A stretch of DNA of 64,000 bases from Pelomyxa schiedti (taxonomy: Eukaryota > Protista > Evosea), in the NCBI GenBank assembly GCA_020536535.1, contig JAHLWZ010000179.1:22095-86094 (forward strand), in the 5' to 3' direction. The position numbers were made by a program, and so were the translations under genes. A model generated the notes under the pieces. That model searched no databases. It was not told the origin of the DNA and saw only the letters and a list, made by a program, of their open reading frames with translations. Each line of letters starts with the position of its first letter. Position 1 is the stretch's first letter. Positions 11,707-22,979 of this stretch are shown here, piece after piece.

Positions 11707-12080
11707 ACTGCTAGGTGTAGTAATAAATATGTTATTATGTAAAATAAAGCAAATTGCACTGTTCTTGTGTGCCTGGGGTCTTCTGTTGATACTTTTCAAC
11801 GAAACACCAGAGGAGAAAGAACAGTTTTTCTCTCTTGCGTTATCCAGAGAAATCAACAAGAGGCCTGGGCCAAAAAAAGAACACTCAGAGATGAAAGCAG
11901 TCAGTCGAGGTGCTCCTCGTCCTTTGTTCGATCCAAAAATTCTCATCAGGACAAAATGCACGAGCGTGTATCTCAATGTCGACCTCGAGTGGTTGTAAAA
12001 AGAAAACTATGGGATTGTTTGGAACCAAGGATTTTATTGTTTCTTCTTGACAGTGAGAGTGCCTGAGGTGTGGTAGGAGG

Positions 12081-14705
12081 TCAGAAGTGGGATACAATAA
12101 ATACCCAGGAACCAGACAGAGGATTGTAGGACTTTAGGGTGGCTCCAAACTGTTGTGTGGATCTGGCTAGCTTCCTTGCATAGGAGTTGGAATGTGCTGG
12201 GTCACTTGGTAGGCATCCCTCAAGGGTGACTTCAGCCTCGCGGTTCAATCCAAAGCCAATGGGAGGTTTGCGAGAGCCGGGGTAGAGAGTAACTTTGTGA
12301 GGCTCAAACACAACTGTTGCACATAAATCGAGTCCTGTGATGTCAATGTCTGGTCCACTGAATACGACGCGGCCACTACCCTTCTTTCCTATCTCAAAAG
12401 TGGAAAGGTGCTCGAGCTCGTCGGGTGTCATCCTATTCAGCTCATCAACAGGGGGAATAGTGTAGTACTCTGGGGATAGTGTGAACTTGTGCTGGAGGGG
12501 TTCATTTTCTTCTTCGTGGCTAGGTGAAAATGGTGGAGGGGAGTTAGGAATTAGAGTGGGCTTGATTGCTACTGGTGTAGAAGTAGGCTGTGACATATTG
12601 CTGGGTGTTGTGGTCTCTATGGATTTCATGGGGGTAGCTCTGGGGAGGGGAGAAGCTATAATCTGTTCACGGGTGCTGCTTTTTGGTATGATTGGAGAAA
12701 GCGTTGACAACATCTGCGGTGTCTGAGTGATTTGCTGATTTGTGGATGTACTCAGGTCGAATCGAACTGTCTTTTCGGGAGTTGACTTTTGGGAAAGTGG
12801 AGTTGCAGGTAATTTAGAGAATGTCTCCTTTCCAAGACTTGCTGTTGTGTTACTTTTCATTTGGGAAGGAGTCCGATATGGGTTCTGTGACGATGGTGGG
12901 ATTACTTGGCGTCGACTTCTTGTAGGAAGACGATACGGGCTTGGTGAAACTGGGACATCACTGAGAACACTGAAACGAGGGTGCACTACAACTGTGAAAA
13001 GGGTACAAGGGAGGAATCAATACCTTGAAGCGGGGAAGGTGCCAGGGTTGCATAAGAGTATTGTGTCTGTTGAAAGGGTTGATTTGTTTGTGACTTAGGA
13101 ATATTTGCAGCCAAATCCTTAAATCCCGGAATGGACCCATAAGGAGTGTTTGATGCAGTTGAAACACTAGGAGGGGCGTTGTGAAGCTGGGTGGGTGGTG
13201 CAGGCAGAGTGAGAGCTACGTTCGCATTTTGTTCTGGTTACCGTGAAAATACAAACAAGTATGGAAGGAAGATTTACCTTGTTGTGAGGCAGTGTTTATT
13301 GGAGTAGCGGAAAATTGGAACTGTGTTTGAGTTGGTTGTTGGAGTTGAGGTTGTATCTGAGTTTGTGGTTGGACCTGAAACTGGAACTGTGGTTGTGGTT
13401 GTGGTTGTGGTTGTGGTTGTGACTGTGGTTGCGGCTGCGGTTGTGTCTGCTGTAATTGTGGTTGAAACTGCAGCTGTGTCTGTGGTTGCGGCTGAAACTG
13501 CAGTTGTGGTGGTGGTTGCGCTGCCGGCAGTTGTGGTTGGAACTGGAACTGCTGTGGTTGAGTTTGAGGTGATTGCTGCGGAACCTGTTGCTGTGGCTGT
13601 GGCAAAAATGATATCTGTTGAGATGGGGTGGGGGCTTGCTGTGAAGGGGTAGGTGTAAAAGAGAATAAGCCTGGCTGAGCTTGTGTTTGTGGTGGCTGAG
13701 AAAACTGCGTGGAGGGCACTTGTGAAGGTGTGCTTGTGGTATTAGTCGAAAAGGAAAATGCGGTAGAAGGTGGAGGAAAAGTTGAAGATGTGGATGGGGT
13801 TATTTGAGGTGCTGTAGGTGTCTGTGCTGAGGGAGGAAAGGAAAAAGGTGTAGCTGGTGGCTGGGTAACTGGAGTCGAGGTAGGCCTGCAGTTGATCGGA
13901 CCGAAATAAAGTGAACTCGAAAAAAGGCATGTAGGAGGAGAAAATACATTGCTGAGCTTTTACAGTGGTCCCAACGGTGTTCTTCAAAACATTGTGACTT
14001 GTATGGCTCCATGGCAGTAAAGGACATTAGAAGGGTGTCAGGGTCTGCCCTTGTTGGCTCAAAGGGCTTCTTGACAGTTCTGAATGATAACAACAATAAG
14101 TAAATTACAAAAAACAAGAAGAAGAAAGAAAAGGAAAAAAGACATACGCTTGAGCAAGGGGACGACTGAAAGATTGCTGTTGGCTTTGTGATAGAGAGCT
14201 ACCAGTAGGTTGCTGGACACCAAACCCCTGGAATTGTGACAGCGTCGGCTGTGTCTGTTGTGGCTGTGCCTGCACATTTGCAAACTGAAACGGCATCCCT
14301 TGCTGCTGCTGCTGCTGCTGCATAGAAGTGGTACCAGTGGTTCCCCCCCCAAAAGGCGACGCCACCCCTCCGCCTCCCGTGAACGAGAACGCCTGCGGCT
14401 GCGCTTGTGGTTGTGCCTGTGGCTGCGTCGACGGGGCTGGTGTGCCAAAGGAGAAGGGGTTCCCGGGGGGGGGCAGTGGCGCCAGGCGGGGCGGCGGTGG
14501 CTACGGAGGGAGAGGGCGAGGGCAGGCCGAAGCTGAAGGGGCTGGCGGGCGGGGGTGCCATGGTCTGCGGGGGGGCCAGCGCCTGCGCCGCAGTAGGGGG
14601 GACGGTGGCGGGTCCTGGGGCGCCGAACGAGAACATGGGCGGGGGTGCAGTGCTGCTTGTGCTGGTGCTGGTGCTGGCAGTGGGTGTTCCAAATACAAAT
14701 GCCAT
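12081..14705 (-). CDS. NUP98: Nup98-like nucleoporin (FG/FSFG N-terminus, GLEBS, Q/P-rich linker, peptidase S59 autoproteolytic domain); +1 frameshift at G9 run 14465-14473
   Basis: MAFVFG, FSFG repeats; GLEBS-like SFTAMEPYKSQCFEEHRWDH; S59 domain YYTIPPVDEL...FEIGKKGSGRVVF...GFGLNREAEVTLEGC...YNPLSGSWVFIVSHF*. Confidence 0.9.
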
Positions 14706-14779
14706 TCGCGGGTCGCTCCCTGACCTCTTTAATGGTCTTTTGTTTCTGTTGTGTCTTTTTTTTTCAAGACTCAGGTTTT

Positions 14780-16459
14780 TTACAGGGAGAGGGTGAGGGC
14801 TTGTCCTTTGCGAGTGACAGCTACGAAAGCTGAGGTGTCGGTGCTAGGGAGGGTGAGGAAAACTGTGTCTAGTGTGAATCGCTTGTGACAGAGTGCGGCG
14901 CCAGTGGAAAGCTGGAAAACATTGAGGTACCCAGCCCTGTGTGCTAGTTTAGAGATATTGTCGTGGGAGAATGGTTACTTGGTGATAACAAATGCCATTT
15001 CTTGCTTGCATACCTTAGCCATAGGTCAAGGTGGGAAAAAGGAACGCAAAAGGAGAGCGTACCTGTACGCCAACAGGGAAATCGTAGGTATCAGAAGTGT
15101 ACTGGAACTCCAGCATCTTTCTAGGAAAGGGATTTGAAGGATCCCCAGGAACCAGGTCTAGGATGTAAAGAAAGCCATCACTGAACTTCCTTTGTGTAAA
15201 AAGAAACAGAACGCTTGGTACAGTCACTCCAGGAACTCTGTTAAAGAGACGAAAAATCAGATGTAGTAAAAGGGGAAAGACTTACTTGCACTCCGTAAAG
15301 CAGGCAGCATGAGCTTCGATAAATTGGCTAGCTCCTTTTGTGATAGAATGCAACTGTGAACAGCCAACGATTTGTGTTCCCTGTTGGGAGAAATTATGTG
15401 ATTTTTGTTTCTGAAAAGGAGGCTGAGTACCGAACTTTTAATCCCCACAAGAATTAACCAATCCCCCGAGGGATCCCGTCGGTAGTTTATTATTTGGGCA
15501 TCATCAAGGTTCGGTAACCTCTCAAACACCACTGTTGGGTGACTTCCTATCACCAGGTAAATGCTAGATTATAGCTCACCAAAGTTACTTTACACACTAT
15601 CTATCTGCCAGTGATAAACAGTCGTTGACGTGACAAGTGCCAGGCATTTATTTGAAATCCACTTCCAGAAAACGATGTGTCTAGGCATCTTATACTCTTT
15701 GATGAGAGTTACGTCATCCATGTCATACACTTGAAGTGTTCTGCCAGCTGATCCCGGGTTAAAAAAAAGATAGTTGCACACAGTGCATCCAAGGTGGTAG
15801 AGGGTAATAAGATTTGTTTTAGGTGTGCCTGTTTACGTGAGGAGTGCCTCTCAGGTGGTTCCGTGAGTAAAGGCTTATCATCTGGCATCATGCATCCTTT
15901 CTCACCATTGGAGAATCGGCCTGTGTGTACATTTGTTTGTGGAAGTTTGATATTTATCAATTCAGTCATGTTTGTATAAATTGTACCTGAAATTACAAGT
16001 AAGCTCCGATCCGGGGATACAATGGCTGCATTAGCAGTGGTAGAAATTTTTAGAACACCATCTCGAGCTGAAGGGGAAGTGGCGGAAGCTGTTGTGGTGT
16101 TTGTAGGAGGGGGTGCCGCTGTCTCCACATCAACAATAGTTACGGTGTTAGTGCTGGGTGCTTTTTCACAAATGCAAATGTGTTTGTCAGACTCCATAGT
16201 CAGAGCCGTGACAGCAAAATATTCAGGATTTATCCCTAAAGGCCCTAACTAGTGTTCAAACGTGAGACAACCTGAAGGGGAAAAAGGTGTGGATCACATT
16301 AATAAGTTCTTTGCACGTAACAGACACCGTAGCCCCACAACCGCGACTATTTGTAGTGACAGTTGTAGATCTCTCAACCGCCCCTGGCGAACTCCTCCTC
16401 GACCGCTCCGCTGCCCCCGGCGAACTCTTCCTCATTCGGTTTTTCTGGAAATCTGCCAT
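14780..16459 (-). CDS. Clathrin heavy chain N-terminal beta-propeller-only protein
   Basis: Exons give LGINPEYFAVTALTMESDKHICICE, ANAAIVSP, GRTLQVYDM, IVFWKWISNKCLALVTSTTVYHW, AQIINYRRDPSGDWLILVGI, PFPRK...YDFPVGVQ, VITKAGYL and VAVTRKGQALTLSL*; these are colinear with CHC residues ~1-330, and the stop TAA is at 14780-14782. Confidence 0.85.
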
Positions 16460-16652
16460 CTGCGTTTGATGGTTTTCGAACCACAACGATTGAATGTTGC
16501 ACGTGGAGGCTATTACACGGAATGCCTCACCACTCATTTACCCTGCGTGGTTCCCTTGAAAAAAGAGGGGGAAAAAAAGATGAAATTATGAAGGAAGGAA
16601 CTTCTCTTTGTACACCAAATTACCGTTACACTCCCACACAACCGGGGAGGCA

Positions 16653-17535
16653 CTACAATAGTCCTGAGTTTGCAGCCTGTACAAGGTGGTGCCCAAGTTC
16701 ATCAAAGAGTTGTTTAATGTTTTGGCCTGTCTTTGCACTGCATTCCATGAAAATTGGTGACTGTGCCCCGCTTTGGGCCAGTTGCCGAACATATTCCTGG
16801 GCAGTTGCTGTTGGTACAACACGGTGATCCGCCAAATCAAGTTTGTTTCCAGCTATGGCCAGAATGATATTTGGTTGTGCCCGCACTTTAAGTTCATCAA
16901 CCCATCGTTGCATAACTTCATAGGAATCCTAACACAAAGGTAAGTTCGATGGAACTAAACATTGAGAAATGCACACCGCACTGGTGATGTCGTACACTGG
17001 CCAAAATAAGTTAATTCGGAAAAGGATTGAAAGCTAAACATACCGACAATTGCGGCAGACGCTCCTCTAAAGTACATAGGTGTCAAAGAGCGGTACCTTT
17101 CCTGCCCAGCAGTGTCCCATATCTTAGTGACTGTGAGATAAATAAAAGAGTAACAATTAAAAAAAAAAGACCGAAAGGCAGTACCTCGAGCTTTACATCC
17201 CTATCATCAACTGGGACCCTGTGTACTTGAAACGACGCTCTTTGAAAAGTTAATTTGCAAGGAAAAAGAAAGGAAAAGCACTCTACCCAATAGTTGGTGT
17301 AGTTTTTTCGTAATCGTTTCGGCACAGTCTCTCCACAATACATGTCTTTCCAGTGTTGCTGTCGCCAACCAGAACAAGTTTAACTCCTTTTTCCAGAACC
17401 ACGGGTCGTTTCTCCCCGACACGCACACCTGAAGTCGTTGTTGGTTCATCATTATGGGATGAGTGAAGTACCCTGCGCGTGTTTGTCCTTGAGTTGCTGC
17501 TGTTTCTTCGCCTTGTTGCCGTTACAGAACCCCAT
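16653..17535 (-). CDS. Rab5-related small GTPase with predicted N-terminal MGxC acylation motif and no C-terminal Cys
   Basis: [56 protein letters not shown] and FMECSAKTG; 43-nt intron 17429-17471 joins MGFCNGNK... in frame; the open reading ends [10 protein letters not shown]. Confidence 0.85.
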
Positions 17536-17794
17536 CGCGATCTCTTGTTTATTTGGTTTTTTAATTAAGTTTTTCCTTTGTTAACGGTTGGGATATTTTG
17601 CTTGAATCTGATTCAGGTTCAGTTTTCATTACGCCCCGGGTTGCCATTCTGGACAATCTGACACCCGAACTTTGAAGTTCAGAGTTTGAGGAACGTTGAG
17701 AAGAAGGAAAGTCAATTCTTTGCAATGTACAGTTACAGTCCGGTACTGTGAAGTAAATGGCTTCGAAGCCTCGGAATTGATTGTGAGGGACGCC

Positions 17795-20757
17795 CTAGTA
17801 GCCCAGCTTGATGATTTTTATCAACAGCGCGGCATTGTTGGCGTTGATTGCCTCACGGGACGCTGCTGTGATTCTCTTTTTGGGAGGACCAACTTGGAAA
17901 TTCATGGTTGGTGTTGTGAGGTAAACAAATGTACAGAGCAAACCTCGGAGATTGGCAGCGTGTTGAACAAGCAAATTCAAATCTTTGAGTGCAGAGAGAA
18001 GAGCGTTGTAGTTTGACTCACGTTTGCGGTATTCCCTTATTAAGTCTTCATTGACTTCAAATAAACTGCTGTAAGCTTCTTTGGTCCGTTTCCTGTATTT
18101 CATTCGGTCAGTTAGAAAGGGACTGGATTGTGTGTGAGTTTCTCCACATTTCATTTAGAAGCCTGCTGTCCTCGGCCTGTATTAACAATGCTTTGATGAG
18201 AGTTGCACTTTCCGCCATTTCAGCTGTTAGCTTCACCCTAACTTGGAAAAGTAAGCCGTAGAAGTATTTGGAACAAAAAGTCACTTCTGACCTGCTTGGT
18301 ATTCTTCAACCTTCTGGAGTGCTCTACGGTATTGCTCTAAGGAACCAAAGGTTTAAAAACAAAAAACCGTTGATTGCTAGAAACCAGTAATTTCATCAGA
18401 CATTGTTGCAGTTGATTCCAGAGAAGTGACATTTAGGAAGGAGCAAAGATCTTGAATAAGAGCACCTGCCAGGGCAATATCATCCGATTTCAGGGTCACC
18501 TGTCAGTCCTCAAAATTTGGAAATTCCCAATGCAAATTACCCTCCCGTCAACTACTATAAGTCGTAGTGGAGTATTATCCCTTAAGTGTACAAAGGACAT
18601 ATCAATAGAACTTGGTGCACTGTGCGGTGATTCAATTAAGAAACTCTGCTGGAGCCACAGCCAGAACTGAGGATGATTAGTTGAGAATGGGAGGTTTGCA
18701 TTTACCCTATTCACACGCTCCTGTATCTGGAACTCGACCACTGAGACAGGTTCTTTAACCTTTGCACTAGATGTAGGAGCAAACATTGAAAACTTTGGTA
18801 TTCGTTGAACTAAATCTATAACAATGTACTGCTCTCTTTGAGAGTGTTAGACTCTTGTAGGGGGAAAAAAAAAATTACATACGCATTTCTATGACCCACA
18901 AGAAGTTTGATATTCAAATCTTCTGTTGAATCTTTTGGAGGCTGCAAGGGTACGACGGCGCTTATGCATGGCTCCTTGAAATGCCTGCACGGGAAAAGTT
19001 ATATATAAGTTTTCGTCGTTTCACTTACACAGTCAATCATTCTTAACACAACTAAACGCACACAAATTGGTTGCCTGAAGGGAAGACTGTTTCTGAGAAA
19101 AGTAAAAGCCCATGTATTAATAGGCGGTCATCAGAACTGTTAATTCCAACTTCAAGCTGGATGCATTGGACACCAAACGTCAATTTACACAAAGTGCGTA
19201 TGGGTGGTATGGCGTTTTGGGTAGAACTAGTGCTAGAAGAACCCGCAGCAGCATCTTCGTAACTCTTCAACTGGGATAGTAGTTGCTGTATACAGTGATG
19301 TGCTTAACAGATCTGGTTGGAAAAGAGTCTTACTCACTTGCCGTTTTTGATTAAGTTCGATCAAGGACTCTTCAATTTGCGTTCTTTCAATGGATCCGCC
19401 TTGGGCATCTCGAGAAAGTGGAGTGTATCCTCTAACTTGTGGGGAAACGGTGAGTGTATATTAATCAAGAAGATGCATGCAGACCTTCACCACTTTGTGA
19501 GCAAACAATTAGTTCCTCTGTTCCTGTCATCCTATAGTCTGCAGATAAGACAGCAGCAATGGGTGAATCCAAAGTATCTTTGAACACCAAGTCTCCAGTA
19601 CGATCAGAGCGTACTTCAAAGCGACCATTTGTCCACCCTGATACCAGCTCTGCGACACCATCTTGATCAAAGTCCATTCTGATGTAGTGTTACAGCAAAC
19701 AGATTTGACAGCTACTATTGACCCGCAAAGAGAAACTGGTTTATGTCTTGACTTGACCCTCCATATTCTCTTTGTTTTATCGTAGAGGCCAACAATTCCA
19801 TTGGAAAGTGAAAACCTTTCATAGTGATCAAAAAAGGTGCCGAAAGAAGAAGAATTACCCAAAATGAGATCCGTAAAGGGGGCATAACCCTGTTACCACA
19901 TTTGATTCGTTAACTTCAGCTAGCAATTCAGATGTGGAGGAGAAAGCTCGAATGTCAAAATCTTCACTCCCCACAATGAGCTCATTTGTTCCATCCTTCC
20001 TTGAGTTAAAACATAAAAAGACTGAGATATAAGTCCAAAAAAGTACTCACAGAATTGAAATCCAAGACACCCATGCTTGTTACATTATCACCAGTTACAG
20101 TGAAAAATTGTTCTTCACCAGTCCCATCGAATCCCTGAATGTTACAGTTCCCTCCAACAATAGCTTGTTGTACATTGCTTTCACCCAGAGTTCCCATACA
20201 AATCTTGGTAAAACGTGTTTGAACGAAGAGAAATTTGGTGTTGTTGACTATATTCATCATACCACATTTACACCGTCATCAACTTCCTTAAAGAATATGT
20301 CCTGGTTCCGTTCAACATCAAACCTAGAAGGAAATTTACAAAAAAATAGTAAGTAATAAGAGTAATGGAGCTATACAAGTCCCTAAACAAGAACATACGC
20401 AAGAAGATTACTTGGTGTCCCAACCAACAAAACGTCGTGAGCAGGTTCTTTGCCCGAACCACCCAGTTTTGCAAAGCACCCAGAAGCAAGAGCAGTCACT
20501 TTCTCGTTTACATTGAGGAACCTGAATTGGTTCCCCATTGTGTTTATTGCCACAGTACCAGCTGGTGCAACAAACGGTGTATGAACAAATACCTTCCCTC
20601 CTGTAGTACTGCACGCCAACGAAGGGTGTACTCCATCAACTAGTTTGTTGGGGTGTAGTTGAGTTTAATCCGTATGTACGAAATCCATACATTTGCCAAT
20701 GGTCGCTCTTCCTGGTTGAATGCTGGTGTTGAGGTGAAGGGTAAACGACGGCAACAT
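17795..20757 (-). CDS. BBS2: Bardet-Biedl syndrome 2 protein (BBSome subunit)
   Basis: MLPSFTLHLNTSIQPGRATIGK / DGVHPSLACSTTGGKVFVHTP, DVLLVGTPSNLLAY, DFDQDGVAELVSGWTNGRFEVRSDRTG, ADYRMTGTEELIVCS and RITAASREAINANN...IIKLG. Confidence 0.93.
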
Positions 20758-20836
20758 CCTACTGTGGTTGTTGCCGACAATAAAACGGAACAAAAAGCAA
20801 ACCAAAACCGGTTGCACAGAAAATCGTATCCGGGGC

Positions 20837-20980
20837 ATGGAGGACGCCTTCGTGGAGATGCTACTTGGTGTTGCTTCGGGGGTGATCCTTGTTTGTATGG
20901 GCGTGTACATGTTGTATCGCACATTCAGGTTAATGCCCACTGCCCTCACTTTTCGAAAACCTCATCCACCTGTAGAATGA
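20837..20980 (+). CDS. Putative 47-aa single-pass membrane microprotein
   Basis: ATG at 20837 gives MEDAFVEMLLGVASGVILVCMGVYMLYRTFRLMPTALTFRKPHPPVE*: acidic N-terminus, one hydrophobic helix, basic residues after it; it fills the gap between BBS2 and the next gene. Confidence 0.5.
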   Translation: MEDAFVEMLLGVASGVILVCMGVYMLYRTFRLMPTALTFRKPHPPVE

Positions 20981-21024
20981 AGGAAGAGGAATTCCCTCAC
21001 CCGAAGCACAACTAGGTTGTCAAA

Positions 21025-22855
21025 TTAATTGCGTTTTTCCTTCAAAGCACTCAATAGAACACCATTACTTTGGGTCTATGGCGAGATAGCTTTCGTATTC
21101 CGTGATGGGTTGTATGGAGAGTATGTACAATCGCCTTTGAAAAGCATGGAACTGTACGTGCATGCGTTGCCACCTATACTTCCAAGCAAGTTCCGTGTTA
21201 TCTGTGTACTGTGTAGATCAGAATTACAGTAAAGAATCAGAGAACAACTACATCGCCAAAGGGTGCAATAGCCTCTCCTGTTGGAATTGTTAGGAGTGAG
21301 TGGGAGTGCATGGGTCTTACCAAAAACTGCGATGTTTTCTAGTGATCCTGTATTGTCTGATTTTCATTAGTGATGGCAATGTTTAAATTAACCACCTATA
21401 AGTGTAAGAGAGAGAAATCTGGATGCCTCTGTTCCTACAACTCATGTGAGTTGCCTTTTTTGTTTTTTTTGTTTGTGTATGTGTCACCTTTCAGGGCAAT
21501 CTGAGACACAAGGCACAAAATGTTTCCATAGGAACTGAGGGAATTATCCACAAGGTGCTTGGCTCTAGATAGAGGTTTCAAGAAACTCGAAGGAGTTTGG
21601 GCATTACGTCTTTATAAAGAACCACTCTGTGATGTTAGCTTTGTCATCTTGAGTTCCAGGTTTTTTCTTTTTAGAAAAATGAGGTATTTCTCTTGACTGT
21701 ACATTTTTCTTTTGTATGAAGCTCTGGGTTCTCCTTTACCCATGATATCACACTGGAAATTTTTCTAATCACTGATTAAGGTCAACACCACTTGTTAGTC
21801 TTATACGAACTCGTTATGTTCATCATGGCAGTGAAAAACTGGTAACTTAATAAGCAGAACAATAGGAAGGCAAAAGTAACCTTCACTCTTGAAATCGTAT
21901 GTAACTCCTGCTTGCCCATTGAAATGCCGTACTTGTAGATTGGTGAAGGTTAAAACTGAAGGAATTTTAAGTTGTGTGGTCAGTATTCATTTTTGCCATA
22001 CTAGAGTGCCCTTCCTCCCACTCTTCAAGGAGTTGCGTATCAGTTTCCCAGCTTTTTATTGATGATTTTTTTTTGGGGTTTTTGTTTGAAACATACAAAG
22101 TTACAAAGATAGAGCTTGTAGCATCTGCCAATATTATCGATCTTTTTGTTACCACTGTTCCATGGCGTGTGGACACTGCTTTTGAGGATAGTATCTATTT
22201 TCCAGATTAGCTTCTTCTCGGTTTTAGGCTATACCTTTTTCACAGCTCCCACAACATCCACTCGTGCCTGAGATTAATTAATACTGTCAAACAAATGACC
22301 TACTTGATCAGGCAAAGCTTGTATCTGAGAAATGAATATGTATGACGTCCTCGAAGAAGGCTGATCTGAGAGACATTAAGCAAGTTTTTTTCCCTGTTTT
22401 GAACAGATACCATAGGCACAATCAAGAGGCGACTGATGTAAACTTATACAGGGCTCACTGCATACAATTTCATATCCCAGTGAGTCTTGCCTCACCTTTA
22501 CAACAGGACACTGAACGCGAATGGCCTGCCCTATCTGTTTCTCATTAGTCTGAATAAAAACTACTAGTAAGAACATTAATGGAGTCTGCCAGAGCAGCAC
22601 AATTCTTTACGCACACTACAGGTATTGTCCCGCTATCATCCCTTACTCTTTTATCTAGGGTGAGATCGAACTAGAAATGAAAATTCTGAAGTACAAAAGC
22701 ATGGTGCTTCTCTGAGAACTGGGACCAACAACTACCAGAAGTAAGTCCGTAAAGAGTACTACCATAGGCGTACATCTCTTCTTGACAGCATAACCAAGGA
22801 CAAATCTGCTCCGCCCTATGTCGGGATTGAGATCCCCTATGTTGCACCTCCTCAT
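21025..22855 (-). CDS. OB-fold ssDNA-binding protein, MEIOB/RPA1-like, without an RPA70N domain (boundaries approximate)
   Basis: MRRCNIGDLNPDIGRSRFVLGYAVKK (first OB strand), VKDDSGTIPVV, VDVVGAVKK...TRHGTVVTKRSIILADATSSIFVTL/WE (OB fold DBD-B-like); the span fits a ~450-aa protein. Confidence 0.5.
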
Positions 22856-22979
22856 GTGTTTATTATTTCCTTTGATCTCCAGGATCTTGCCTCTCAATTT
22901 TTTGTATTGTTGGTGTCACCTGCCAACATGCCAATCACAGCTAAAAAAAAACCAAGAACTGTTTTATGAAAAACTGACA

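Noticed and set aside
12081-12083. TGA at the Nup98 nucleophile position as selenocysteine or read-through
   Set aside because: The frame beyond stays open only ~40 codons with no Nup96 similarity, AATAAA follows shortly, and I saw no SECIS-like hairpin.
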